Source: an uncultured Chloroflexia bacterium
GTDB lineage: Bacteria > Chloroflexota > Anaerolineae > Anaerolineales > Anaerolineaceae
Direction of reading: 5' to 3'
NCBI GenBank assembly: GCA_963752685.1
Contig: CAVVZR010000008.1
Span: forward strand, 1,931,825-1,995,824
DNA length: 64,000 nucleotides
The notes beneath the pieces are model-generated. The model had not been told where the DNA came from. It was given only the letters and a program-made list of their open reading frames with translations, and did no database searches. Both the position numbers and the translations under genes were made by a program. This document shows positions 33,177 through 43,387 of the stretch, piece after piece. Position 1 is the first letter of the stretch; every line of letters begins with the position of its first letter.

Positions 33177-33686
33177 ATGAGCCGGGTCATCCTCATTCGC
33201 GGACCCTTGGGGGTGGGCAAGACCACCATTGCCCGCCAGCTCTGCAACCGCATGACCGCCTGCTACATATCCATCGACGAGGTTCTCGCCGAACACGGCC
33301 TGGATCAGGGATCCAACGGCATTCCGGCCAAAAATTTTCTGCGAGCAAATGAGCTGGTCTTGCCACTCGCCATTGCGGCAATCTCGAAGGATCAATCGGT
33401 GATTTTTGATGGGAATTTTTACTATAAATCCCAGGTGAAGCATTTGCTCAAACGTCTGCCCAAACCTGCTCATTTCTTCACCCTGAACGCCACCGTAGAA
33501 GAATGTATCCTCAGGGATCGAGGCCGTGAACGGGTTTACGGAGAAGGCGCCGCCACCTGGGTGCATTTTCTTGTTTCGCGGTTCACGGTTGGCACGCCCA
33601 TCGACACCGGCGGCAAGACCATTGACCAGGTAGTGTCCGAAATCGAGGCACACCTGGAGCAACCAAAACTGTCTGGCGCTATCTGA
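33177..33686 (+). CDS. Small P-loop NTPase / putative kinase (AAA_33/CPT/zeta-toxin-like fold)
   Basis: Walker A ILIRGPLGVGKTT and a DGNF motif. Size and layout resemble chloramphenicol-phosphotransferase-like kinases. The antisense ORF 33024-33716 was rejected. Confidence 0.6.
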   Translation: MSRVILIRGPLGVGKTTIARQLCNRMTACYISIDEVLAEHGLDQGSNGIPAKNFLRANELVLPLAIAAISKDQSVIFDGNFYYKSQVKHLLKRLPKPAHFFTLNATVEECILRDRGRERVYGEGAATWVHFLVSRFTVGTPIDTGGKTIDQVVSEIEAHLEQPKLSGAI

Positions 33687-33956
33687 ACTTTGTGAAAGAT
33701 GGTTAAGTACTTTCAAACCATCAGTACTGTTGCTATAATTTGTCTATGATCATATGAGGTGGATTTCACTCGAATATTTTTATCTGCAGATCGGATCCAG
33801 GGGGTATTTATCGTTTGGGAAGGATACAAAATCATAGCATTTCAATCTACGGCGACGAGCAAATGAGTGAACTTCATCTCAGTTGAATTTGCTTTCCTGT
33901 TCCAATGGCTGTAGAGTTTTAGGAACGAGTAATTGAGAAGGCGCCAGGGGAATTTT

Positions 33957-35276
33957 ATGAAGATTTTTATTGCAGTTCATCATTATCCGCCGAGTTTCAA
34001 CGGTGGCGCTGAACTGCGCGCCCATCGAACCGCACGCTCATTACAGCAGCGCGGTCATACCGTTCAGGCGTTTGCCATCGAGCGGGTTGACGATGGTCCG
34101 GAAAATGGGATCCTCTGGGAGGATTCTGTATATGAAGGCGTGCCGGTACGCAAAATCCGGTTCAACCGCGCGGCGACGCCGGATTGGTTTACTTATTCTT
34201 ACAATAATCCCTGGATCGGCGAACATCTTAAATCGTTTCTCAGCGAATTTCAGCCGCAGATTTTTCATTTGTTCGGTGGATATCTTCAATCGGCCAGCAC
34301 CCTGTTAGCTGCATCCGCTCTCAACATCCCAACCGTACTTTCGTTGACCGATTATTGGTTTTTATGCCAGCAGATACAGATGATCGGCCTAAACAACCAG
34401 GCTTGTAATAAATATGGAGACCCAGCCTGCTGCCTTCAGCGTTACTCCGAACATAAAAGGCGATATCGTTGGTTGGGGAGATTTATTCCGGCTCTGATGC
34501 AATCCTATTGGAAATTGCACAAGAATGATATTCATCGTTTTGTCCATCGCAAACAGTTCTTGATGAATACCCTCAATCAGGTGGACGCAGTCATCGCTCC
34601 CTCTCATTTTATTGGCGATATTCATATCGAAAGTGGTTTACAAGCTGAAAAAATGATATTTTCCCGTCAGGGCAGGACGATCCCCAACCTGACGACAGAA
34701 ACACTCACCAAACAACCATCCAGCCAATTGCGCCTCGCCTACATCGGTCAGATTGTGGAAAGCAAGGGCGTGCATGTTATTTTAGAAGCGATCAAGCTGC
34801 TCCCAAAAACACACCTTACCCTTGATATCTATGGAGACATAAATAAGCGCCCAGCGTATGTAAAAAAGCTACAACAGTTAGCAGGGGAAGATGTACGCAT
34901 ACGATTTTTGGGATTATTCCAACAGGGGCAGATATCGCAAATCTTCCGCGAGGTGGATGCGTTAGTGGTCCCCTCGTTATGGTATGAGAACAGTCCGAAT
35001 GTGATCTTAGAAGCGTTTGCTCATCACACCCCGGTTCTTGCATCCAACCTGGGCGCTCTCCCCGAATTGGTCCTGGATGAAAAATGCGGACTGTTGTTCA
35101 CCCCGGGCAATCCGATCAGCCTGGCGAGGCAAATATTGCGGTTAGCAAACGACCGGAGTTTGTTGGCACGGTTGGCAGCCGGCATCCAACCGGTAAAAAC
35201 CGAACAACAAGAACTAGATGAACTGGAAAATATATATCACCAGTTATCGAACTCCAAACCAGCCATAACAGGTTAA
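33957..35276 (+). CDS. Family 4 glycosyltransferase (GT-B fold)
   Basis: MKIFIAVHHYPPSFNGGAELRA N-terminus. The C-terminal donor-binding half has the E-x7-E-like region (PSLWYENSPNVILEAFAHHTPVLAS). GGGGAA RBS before ATG 33957. Confidence 0.8.
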   Translation: MKIFIAVHHYPPSFNGGAELRAHRTARSLQQRGHTVQAFAIERVDDGPENGILWEDSVYEGVPVRKIRFNRAATPDWFTYSYNNPWIGEHLKSFLSEFQPQIFHLFGGYLQSASTLLAASALNIPTVLSLTDYWFLCQQIQMIGLNNQACNKYGDPACCLQRYSEHKRRYRWLGRFIPALMQSYWKLHKNDIHRFVHRKQFLMNTLNQVDAVIAPSHFIGDIHIESGLQAEKMIFSRQGRTIPNLTTETLTKQPSSQLRLAYIGQIVESKGVHVILEAIKLLPKTHLTLDIYGDINKRPAYVKKLQQLAGEDVRIRFLGLFQQGQISQIFREVDALVVPSLWYENSPNVILEAFAHHTPVLASNLGALPELVLDEKCGLLFTPGNPISLARQILRLANDRSLLARLAAGIQPVKTEQQELDELENIYHQLSNSKPAITG

Positions 35277-35328
35277 TTGGCAATTCCCCCGTATAAAGCT
35301 AAGTATTCCGCCAGGCTTTACCAAATTC

Positions 35329-36785
35329 TCAACCAGCCTGACCCGGATTTACGCGCCGCAGCACCATCGCCTTGATTCGTTTGAACATATTAAACAATAA
35401 TTCCAACTCCACCGGAGTGAGCACTCGTAAAACCCAGGAAATCACGAGATATACCACCAAACCAATCAAAACCAGGACGAAAATATTAATCCCCCGCAAT
35501 AAGAATATGGCGGCTCCCATGATCACAGATGAAATTATCATTCTCAGCAGTGAGGCGCTGCCTAAACCTGCACCAAATTCCTTACGGAAAATCCGGTAAA
35601 ACATTACCGTCCCAACAAATTCGGTAGCCACGGTAACCACCGAGGCGGCCAACAACCCATAGCGGGGAATGAGCAGCAAGTTCAATAAAATATTGAAAAT
35701 TGCCTCGCAGCCATACACCCAGGCAGCCTTTTTCTCGATCTTCATCGCCGTGGTGAAATTACCGCAGATCGAGGTATACATTAATAGTGGTGTATCCCAA
35801 ATCAGGATAGCGAATGCCAGGATGGCCAGATCGAAATCATTGCCGAACAAATAACAAATCAGCTTATCGGACAGAACCATCCCCCCGACCGCAAGGGGCA
35901 GGCCAATTAAGGCGATAAATCTACCGAGCGGAAATACCAGGGTTCAATGGACTTGGGGTCATTGACATGCTCTCGGGCCATGGTGGGCACTAATGCGGTG
36001 ATAAAAGCAGAGGTAAAAATCAATAAACTACGGGTCAACGTATAAGCGGCGTTATACCACCCCACTACGTCTTTTGAAAAATAATTGCCCATGATGAGGG
36101 TATCGAAGCGGAAAGCGAAGGTCAACGATACCTGAATGAAGGCAAACGGCAGCCCAAAGCGCAGCAGGTCAAACCACCGAGCCGGATCCAGATGAAAAGG
36201 CGGCGGTTTCATGTTCTGGCGAATCACCACCATAACACTGATAAAGGTCAGCAGGGGTAAGCTGACCCAGGATGCCACCACCAGCCACAAGAAGCTGGGG
36301 TTGATCAGCAAAAAGATTGTGGCCGCGGCAAAAAAGATCACCTGGCCAAGGACCACAAATATCGATAAGATATCCAGCCGTTCGTAGCCGCCGATTATCC
36401 CTTGCAGCGGGGTTAGAAAGGCCTGGATAAAATAGGTTGAGCTTAAGATTGCGATGGCAATGATCACATCCTGGCTGTAGCCAATATACATCGCGCCCAG
36501 GATGGTGATGACAATGGTGATAATCGCCAATAAAAGGCGTAAAGCAGCCACGTCCCAAAACAAAGACAGAGCCTTCTCCCGGTCACGGGCAATTTCTCGG
36601 CTCATATATTGGGTGATGCCCATATCGCCAATAAAGGAGAAAATCCCCGTCCAGGCCAGGATGATGGAATACTGTCCAAACCCAGTATCGCCTAACTGGC
36701 GGACGATGAAAACGTTGAACAAGAGGCTCAACCCTCGCAACGCGAATTGAGCACCCATGCCAAATAAAGTATTGCGAGCGATCAC
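35329..36785 (-). CDS. Wzx-like polysaccharide flippase (MOP superfamily); split by a frameshift near 35920-35950
   Basis: ORFs 35907-36785 and 35329-35880 are both all-TM. They read as contiguous N- and C-halves of a 12-14-TM Wzx/RfbX protein when a 1-nt shift is allowed. Confidence 0.65.
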
Positions 36786-36851
36786 CTTTGAAGGGTTCGT
36801 TACTTTTCTATCGCCCCCATTGGATGAACCGGTTAAATGAATTCGTTCTGA

Positions 36852-38709
36852 TTAATCAAAAAATTCCCTCATCACCATCTCATAAGTCATCAATGGCGCA
36901 ATTTTTCCAAGGACCCAGGCTTCATTATTCGCCATGTGGCGGTTCATTAAAGAGCGCACAAAACCCTTATCAAAAATCCCTCGCTGCGTCGTTCTAGGCG
37001 AAAACAATAAGTCCTCAGCCCAATCACGCAGCTCATTGCGTAGATAATTCTCATAATCGGCATATAGTAAAGGCCGCTCAGGGATTATTTTCAAGCTTTT
37101 CAAGGTTTTCATCCCCAGCTTTTGAATGCCATGTGTGAATGGCTGAACAGACGGTAAATATTCATGCTTGTCATATGGAATAAGGGATAACTTAGGCATG
37201 CGCTGGGTGATGATCGACCGTAAAATCATTTGATTGCGGCGCAGTTCAGGCCGGATCGAATAAATAAAATCGATTAGATCATAATCCCAAAACGGAAAGC
37301 GAGCCTCCATACTGGATCGTTGGGTGGTGATCATGTGATGGGTAAACCGCCAGCAATGGTTGACCATATAAAAGAATTCCCCCGCGTAATCCTTACGCAT
37401 GTTCCAAAAGCGGGAGAACTGCTCGTTTAATGATTCAAACGCCCTCCATTGGGCTTCCTTGCCAAATTCCGCCGAAAACAACTGGCGCTCTTCTGCATCC
37501 GTCAATCCGGGCCAGGTAAACTCACTGCAAAACTGCTGGTAGGCATGCAACGCCACTGTCTCCCGATCCACCGGATGGTTATAAAACGCGTTGATATGGT
37601 CAGGGTGTCCCATCACCGTGCCACCATCCCATCCAGACAGGTTGACATCCATCATGGGTCGTAAATCTTTGAGCATGGAAATTCCATGCATATGCACCCA
37701 GCTATGAAACCCTTCGGTCAATTGGAAATGCAAATCCACATAATCTCGCACCCAATTGCCGTCAGAAAAATCGAACCAAAAATGGCGGCTGCCGGATGCT
37801 CTGGCAATTTTTTCAGCATAGATCACATCCCGGCAGTCTCGCGCCCCAAAGGTCGCCGTGACCGGTGTGGGCGTGCCTGCCGGAACCAACCCCAAGATCG
37901 TGCGTGAATCCAGGCCACCGCTCAAGAATATTCCCGGCCGGTGGCCACTGACCAGCCGTCCAACCGCCTGGCTTAGTAAATTGCCCACCTCCTCAACAGC
38001 CTCATTGAAATTGACCTCGGGGCGATCACCGATCTGATCCCAATCCCAATACCGCCGCAAGCGCCACTCGCCGGTCATCAGATCAAATTGGCCAACGCTG
38101 CCGTAAGGGAAAAGAGAGATCTCCTCATGGAAAGTCCGTTCCCCCAACAACTGTTGAAACCGTATATACTCGCAAGCCGCGGTCAGGTCTGGTTTTCTAT
38201 CAATTCCCTCCGCGCACAGCACACCTTTAACTTCAGGGGCAAAGACCAATTGCCGGGTTGTGCGATGATAGTAATGAGGGTATAAACCAAAGCGGTCATT
38301 TGCCAGGACGATTTTCTTTTGAGAAATATCGTATATGGCAATAAAAAATGCGCCGTTCAAGTGCCGGGCAAAGTCTGGACCGTATTTTTGATAAACTGCC
38401 GCGATAATTTCTAATTCTGAATAGTTCTTCGCCGTTGGAGCAAACCGTATTTGCCCGGACCAATGCGTCGGTTTTATACAATTCCCCACACAGCCACACC
38501 AAGCAATTCCCATCCTGCGAGATACCCGGCTGGTGTTCGCGGTTAAAGATTCCCAGGCTGATCCTGCCAATCCCCACTAGTTGATCAGCGTCAACGTGGG
38601 TTTCAACCTCATTCCAGGGCATGTGACTCAGCGTCTTTCCTGCCGCTTCCAGGAATTTTATCGGGTTGACTGGGGTTTGAGCGTTGATGAGACCAAATAT
38701 TCCAGCCAT
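36852..38709 (-). CDS. Asparagine synthetase B-like amidotransferase lacking the N-terminal Cys nucleophile; split by a frameshift near 38440-38500
   Basis: The N-terminal ORF (38296-38709) starts MAGIFG (canonical MCGI) and contains WLCGELY. The C-terminal ORF has the PP-loop SGGLDS and typical AsnB synthetase-domain motifs. Confidence 0.75.
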
Positions 38710-40001
38710 ATGTTGTTATAATTTTAACGGATCAGGGCTAATTGACGAATAGGGTGTCTTGTAGCTGACAAAATGATTCATTTTAATAATACAGAAAAAG
38801 CGCTCGACGCAGAAGACATGGCAAACTGCGCGCGGGTATGAGGGCAGTTTGGGCCCGGGATCAAGGCGTTGACGTTGGCCTTCTATTTCGGGATGGGAGC
38901 CAGCGAGCCGAAGATCTTGGAACTTTTTGAGAATGTGGGTGCTGCAAATTTCGGATGGTGAATTGTCGAACTTGCTGATCAAAGACCAGGCGGGCTTTCA
39001 CGCCGAGAAAGATGCGGTCTACGCGGCCGGATTGCGCAGCAGTCCCTGGCAGCAAACTGACGATACCTCACCCGGGTGGATGGCCAAAACCAACATTGTC
39101 ATGTAGTCTGCAACCGGTTTACACGGCTTACCATACCCGCCGACCAAAGAACGTCTGAGTGTTTTGGACGTGTTGCGCAATGGGCGAGTGCGGATCTTCC
39201 GGCTGAATGCGGAAGCTTGGGGTATCTGGAAAATCTGGCGTGGTCGAAAAAAGCTGGCGCACGTTGCAAAGCTGGGCGGCCGAAGGCGGTGAACAAGACC
39301 TTGAAGAGAAAGCTTTCCTGGCACCGTCTGGAAGACAGCTGCGAAATTGAGCCAGCAACAGCGCAAAGCCTGATCGATGCGGCGGCCGTGGCGGCTTACC
39401 ATGCCGAAACCGATTTTCCAGTGGTGCAAGCCTGGTGTGTGATGATGCACCCCAATTCAATTGGCTGAGCGGGAAATGATGTTGTGTTGGACACGCTGGT
39501 CGACCTTCAAGAAGCTTATCCCGGTTGTGGCATTGCACCGCGAACAATTGGCAGATTTTCTGAAACGGTTTTGGGATTACTACGATCAGTTGTTGAGCCT
39601 ATTGCAGAAGCCACCGCAGAAGAAATCTCGCGCCTGGAAACCGAGTTTGACCGCTTGTTCTCGACCACACCAGGTATGACGAACTGGATCAACGCATCGC
39701 AAAAACTCGAGCCAAGAAATCCAGCTTGCTGCTGGTGCTTGAAATATCGAGATTATAACCATTAATAATTTCTTTTCAGAATTTACTTCGCCGGCTGGTT
39801 CTATAACCAAACAAGTCCCGGCTCAAACCACTTTTTCTATCGCCCCGCTAAACAAATAAGAATGTCCGTGATAGGTAAATGCGATAGCCACTCCTATCGA
39901 TCAGGGATTTTTTTTGAGGTTCAGGCAAAAATCCTTGCGCCATCAGTCAATTGGGCCTATATTTCTATGGGTTGCTAAGATATTCCTAGAGAGGTGGTGA
40001 A

Positions 40002-41177
40002 ATGACCAGGATCATTAGAAAGTATCTTTGGTTATTCCTCATATTCGGTCTGGTGAGTTGTAGAGTTCTGCCCCTGGCGCCGAACCCAACGAAGCAACCA
40101 CTTGTCCCCACCAATCAGCCGCCCGCTACCACCAAATCATCAATATCTTCTGCCAGCCCCACCCCTGTATCGACCGTTTCGCAGGTCGCAATTCCAACGC
40201 GGGATATTTCTGCCTTACCCGCATTCGAAAATTTAGCTGATGGCTGGAATGAATTGTATCCAGGCGGAGAAACCGCTTGCGCGCGTGGTGGTACCTACAG
40301 CTTTTCGGTGCGCAAAACAAACAGTTCTAAACTATTGGTTTATTTTGAGGGCGGAGGCAGTTGTTATGACGCAAACACCTGCCGTGTTGGGGGCAATTAT
40401 TTTGACAATTCCATCAATTCGTCATTTGAGGCCGACAATCCCGCCTTAAAATCCCACGGTTTATTTGCTTTAGACAACCCACGCAACCCATTTAGCGATT
40501 ACAACATCGTCTTCATCAACTATTGCACCGGCGATGCCTACCTGGGGGATAAAAGTGTCACCTACCAGAATGGTTTGCGATCATTCGAGGTACAACATAA
40601 GGGATTTATCAATACTCAGACTGCATTCTCCTGGATTTATCAGAATATCCCATCCCCAAATTCGGTATATATGGTCGGCTGCAGCGCCGGGGTAGTGGGT
40701 TCTTTCTTCAACCTGCCATATTTCAAGCAGCATTATCTTCAAACACCCCTTACTATTGTTGGAGATTCGGGCGGCGGCTATCTAGACGGACCAGCTTCGT
40801 ATGCAACGAACATAGGTGCTACCGGTGTACTCCCCTCCTGGCTACCTCAGTACCAAAATTTAATTTCTGGTGATATTCTCCGCTCAAGGTTCATTTTTAC
40901 TATCCCTGCCCAGGCTTATCCCGATATACGTGTCGGATTGGTTAACTCCGAGAATGACGGCGTTCAAGCCGAGATCATCTCGAGGTTTAACTCTAAAATC
41001 ACCCTCAAACAAGTGCTGGAATCAAATTTGACCGACTTGCGTTCGGATGTTCCTGCAATAAATTCTTTTATCGGACCCGGAGACTACCACTGCATCACCA
41101 TGTCAGACCAATTTTATGATTATCAAGCAAACGGCGTCCAGCTTAGTGATTGGATGACCAACCTTGCCAGTCCATAA
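40002..41177 (+). CDS. Secreted lipoprotein esterase of the pectin-acetylesterase/Notum family (PF03283-like)
   Basis: Lipoprotein signal (LIFGLVSC). Family motifs YFEGGGSCYDANTCR (cf. LEGGGWC..C.R) and INYCTGDAYLGD (cf. YCDGxSFxGD), with a downstream GCSAG (GxSxG) nucleophile. Confidence 0.6.
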   Translation: MTRIIRKYLWLFLIFGLVSCRVLPLAPNPTKQPLVPTNQPPATTKSSISSASPTPVSTVSQVAIPTRDISALPAFENLADGWNELYPGGETACARGGTYSFSVRKTNSSKLLVYFEGGGSCYDANTCRVGGNYFDNSINSSFEADNPALKSHGLFALDNPRNPFSDYNIVFINYCTGDAYLGDKSVTYQNGLRSFEVQHKGFINTQTAFSWIYQNIPSPNSVYMVGCSAGVVGSFFNLPYFKQHYLQTPLTIVGDSGGGYLDGPASYATNIGATGVLPSWLPQYQNLISGDILRSRFIFTIPAQAYPDIRVGLVNSENDGVQAEIISRFNSKITLKQVLESNLTDLRSDVPAINSFIGPGDYHCITMSDQFYDYQANGVQLSDWMTNLASP

Positions 41178-41464
41178 CCCGGTCGTTCGCTTTAAGCTTC
41201 TTGTTGTTTAGACAATCGACAATAGACCGCAACGAAACTGATATATATTTTATAAACAGCGACACCCTGGAAAGGTGTATAAATGTAATGCAGGTAAATA
41301 CAGTCTCTTTTGATCCGAATAATCTTCTTTTTCAGTCAGGGAGATATTCACCAGCACGTTACCAGTCGAATGGAGAGCAATGCTTCAGTAAACAGATATC
41401 AACCATCAAGGGTATTCCCTTTCAATTGGTACCGTGTACACAAGCTGCTCATGAGGGCTCATCC

Positions 41465-41555
41465 ATGCCCTGCAGGTTGTTGAATGTCCTCCTCTAGCCA
41501 AGCTAGTGCCCGACAAACCTGTCGACTTCTGTGCAGTAATCCCTGCAGGGCATGA
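41465..41555. promoter_or_regulatory. 13-bp perfect inverted repeat pair CATGCCCTGCAGG ... CCTGCAGGGCATG separated by 65 bp, in the 600-bp spacer upstream of the thioesterase gene
   Basis: Seen in sequence. Function unknown. Confidence 0.3.
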
Positions 41556-41772
41556 TAACTGGAGCAACGATCTGAAAACGGTTCGCCGTCGCCGTTCACC
41601 GCGGTGGAAATAGACGCTGCTCTTTGTGTTAGCATTCAATCAGAATTGTATAATTCCCATTGGAAAGGCCAGGTGGGATTGTCCTTTAGTCCAACCAGAT
41701 ACTACAGTTCAACGCAGCTATGGGCTGTTGGTGTCGTGAATTTCTCAGGTAAACCTATCAGAATACATCGAC

Positions 41773-42564
41773 ATGATCATTACGAAACCAACTAGCAACG
41801 AAAAACCAACCTCCGACTGGTTGGTTTTTCCAAAACCGAACCAACACGCCACCTTCCGGTTGTTCTGTTTCCCTTATGCCGGCGCGGGATCGATGGTATA
41901 TCGCACATGGCCAGATGGTTTACCCCCTCAAGTCGAAGTCGTTTCAATATTGTATCCGGGTAGAGAAAGCCGCCTTCGGGTTACACCTTGTGTAACCATG
42001 CAAACCATGATCCTTGCCCTGGTAGAGGAAATCCTCCCGAAGCTAGATATGCCCTTCGCTTTTTATGGTCACAGCTTAGGCGGTTTGATAGCCTTTGAAC
42101 TCACCCGCGAGCTCCGCCGGCGGCAGTGGTCTCAGCCAACCCGTCTCTTCATTTCCAGCCGGAGAGCTCCCCAACTCCCGGACCCCAATCCACCAATATC
42201 CCACTTGAGTGGAGATGCATTTGCTCAGGCGATCCAAAAGCGCTACAATGGAATTCCCAAGATCATCCAGCAAGACCCCGATTTGATGGATATCTTTCTC
42301 CCTATTCTCCGAGCCGATTTCTCAATCTTTGAGACTTACCAGTATCTCCAAGAGCCGGTTTTAGATATCCCGATCTCTGCTTATTATGGCTTACAAGACC
42401 ATACAATCACTGCACAGGACGTCTCCGCCTGGCAGGATCAAACCCATCACCCGTTATCGTTGCAAGCATTTCCAGGCGATCATTTTTTCATCCAGGCTCA
42501 GCGCCTGGCGCTGCTCGAAACCTTATCGCAAGCATTGGAAAAACAGTTTGCAGGTGGAGGATAA
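41773..42564 (+). CDS. Type II thioesterase (alpha/beta hydrolase, editing TE of PKS/NRPS clusters)
   Basis: FRLFCFPYAGAGSMVYRTW N-terminus, GHSLGG nucleophile elbow (YGHSLGGLIAFELT), ~260 aa. Confidence 0.85.
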   Translation: MIITKPTSNEKPTSDWLVFPKPNQHATFRLFCFPYAGAGSMVYRTWPDGLPPQVEVVSILYPGRESRLRVTPCVTMQTMILALVEEILPKLDMPFAFYGHSLGGLIAFELTRELRRRQWSQPTRLFISSRRAPQLPDPNPPISHLSGDAFAQAIQKRYNGIPKIIQQDPDLMDIFLPILRADFSIFETYQYLQEPVLDIPISAYYGLQDHTITAQDVSAWQDQTHHPLSLQAFPGDHFFIQAQRLALLETLSQALEKQFAGGG

Positions 42565-42571
42565 AGATACG

Positions 42572-43387
42572 ATGGCAGCCATCGTGAGGATACCAGGTGA
42601 AGCCTTGATACCCGGTGCAACTGAAATTCCGTTTGCCTCGAATGTAAGTGAGGTATTCTGGCACGCCTGGATACCCGCAAACCACCTGAGCATTGAACCT
42701 CACCAACTGCATATCTGGCGGGTCGATCTTCATCCATCACCCCAGGCTGCGGGTATCGAACGAGAAATGCTCTCGCCGGCGGAAACCGACCGGATGGAGA
42801 AATTTCAATTTGAACCGGACAGATACCGTTTCATAGTATCTCATTGCGCCCTGCGGATCATTTTGAGCCGTTATCTCGACATAGCGCCACAGCAGGTCCA
42901 ATACCAATACACGGATAAAGGTAAACCGTCACTGGTTCCTGCCACAGGATTATTTTTTAACCTGGCCCACTCTGGGGAACTCGCGCTGGTAGCCGTTGGT
43001 CTGCATTCTCAAATCGGTGTGGATGTGGAGTTCATTCGCATGGTCGATGACCTTGACCAACTCGCCAAATCCTGTTTTTCCCAATCGGAATTTCAGGCAT
43101 TTCAGCAAACGCCAGCCGCACTCAAGCAGCGAGTCTTTTTCAACGGTTGGACCCGTAAAGAAGCGTATATCAAAGCAGTCGGCGATGGGCTCTCAATTCC
43201 GCTGGATCAATTCGATGTTTCCATGCTGCCCGAAGAATCCCCAATGCTTCTATCCATTGCCAGCCATCCCGACGAGGTAAATCAATGGAGCATGCAGGAC
43301 ATTCCTGTGGGTGATGATTACGCCGCGTGCATTGCAATAAAAACACGCCCGGTCAATGTTTTTTATCTGTCCTTTTTCGAATATTGA
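42572..43387 (+). CDS. Sfp-type 4'-phosphopantetheinyl transferase
   Basis: GGAGGA RBS before ATG 42572. PPTase motifs GVDVEFI and WTRKEAYIKAVG (W/F-x-x-KEA). Confidence 0.8.
   Translation: MAAIVRIPGEALIPGATEIPFASNVSEVFWHAWIPANHLSIEPHQLHIWRVDLHPSPQAAGIEREMLSPAETDRMEKFQFEPDRYRFIVSHCALRIILSRYLDIAPQQVQYQYTDKGKPSLVPATGLFFNLAHSGELALVAVGLHSQIGVDVEFIRMVDDLDQLAKSCFSQSEFQAFQQTPAALKQRVFFNGWTRKEAYIKAVGDGLSIPLDQFDVSMLPEESPMLLSIASHPDEVNQWSMQDIPVGDDYAACIAIKTRPVNVFYLSFFEY

Noticed and set aside
33024-33716. 230-aa minus-strand ORF overlapping the P-loop kinase gene
   Set aside because: It is antisense to a + strand ORF that has a clear Walker A motif and kinase-like fold, and it has no recognisable domains of its own. 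This is a typical high-GC shadow ORF.
38716-39810. Several 60-140-codon ORFs on both strands (e.g. 39076-39468, 39128-39547)
   Set aside because: They overlap one another on opposite strands with no domain signatures. They are treated as non-coding or decayed sequence rather than genes.
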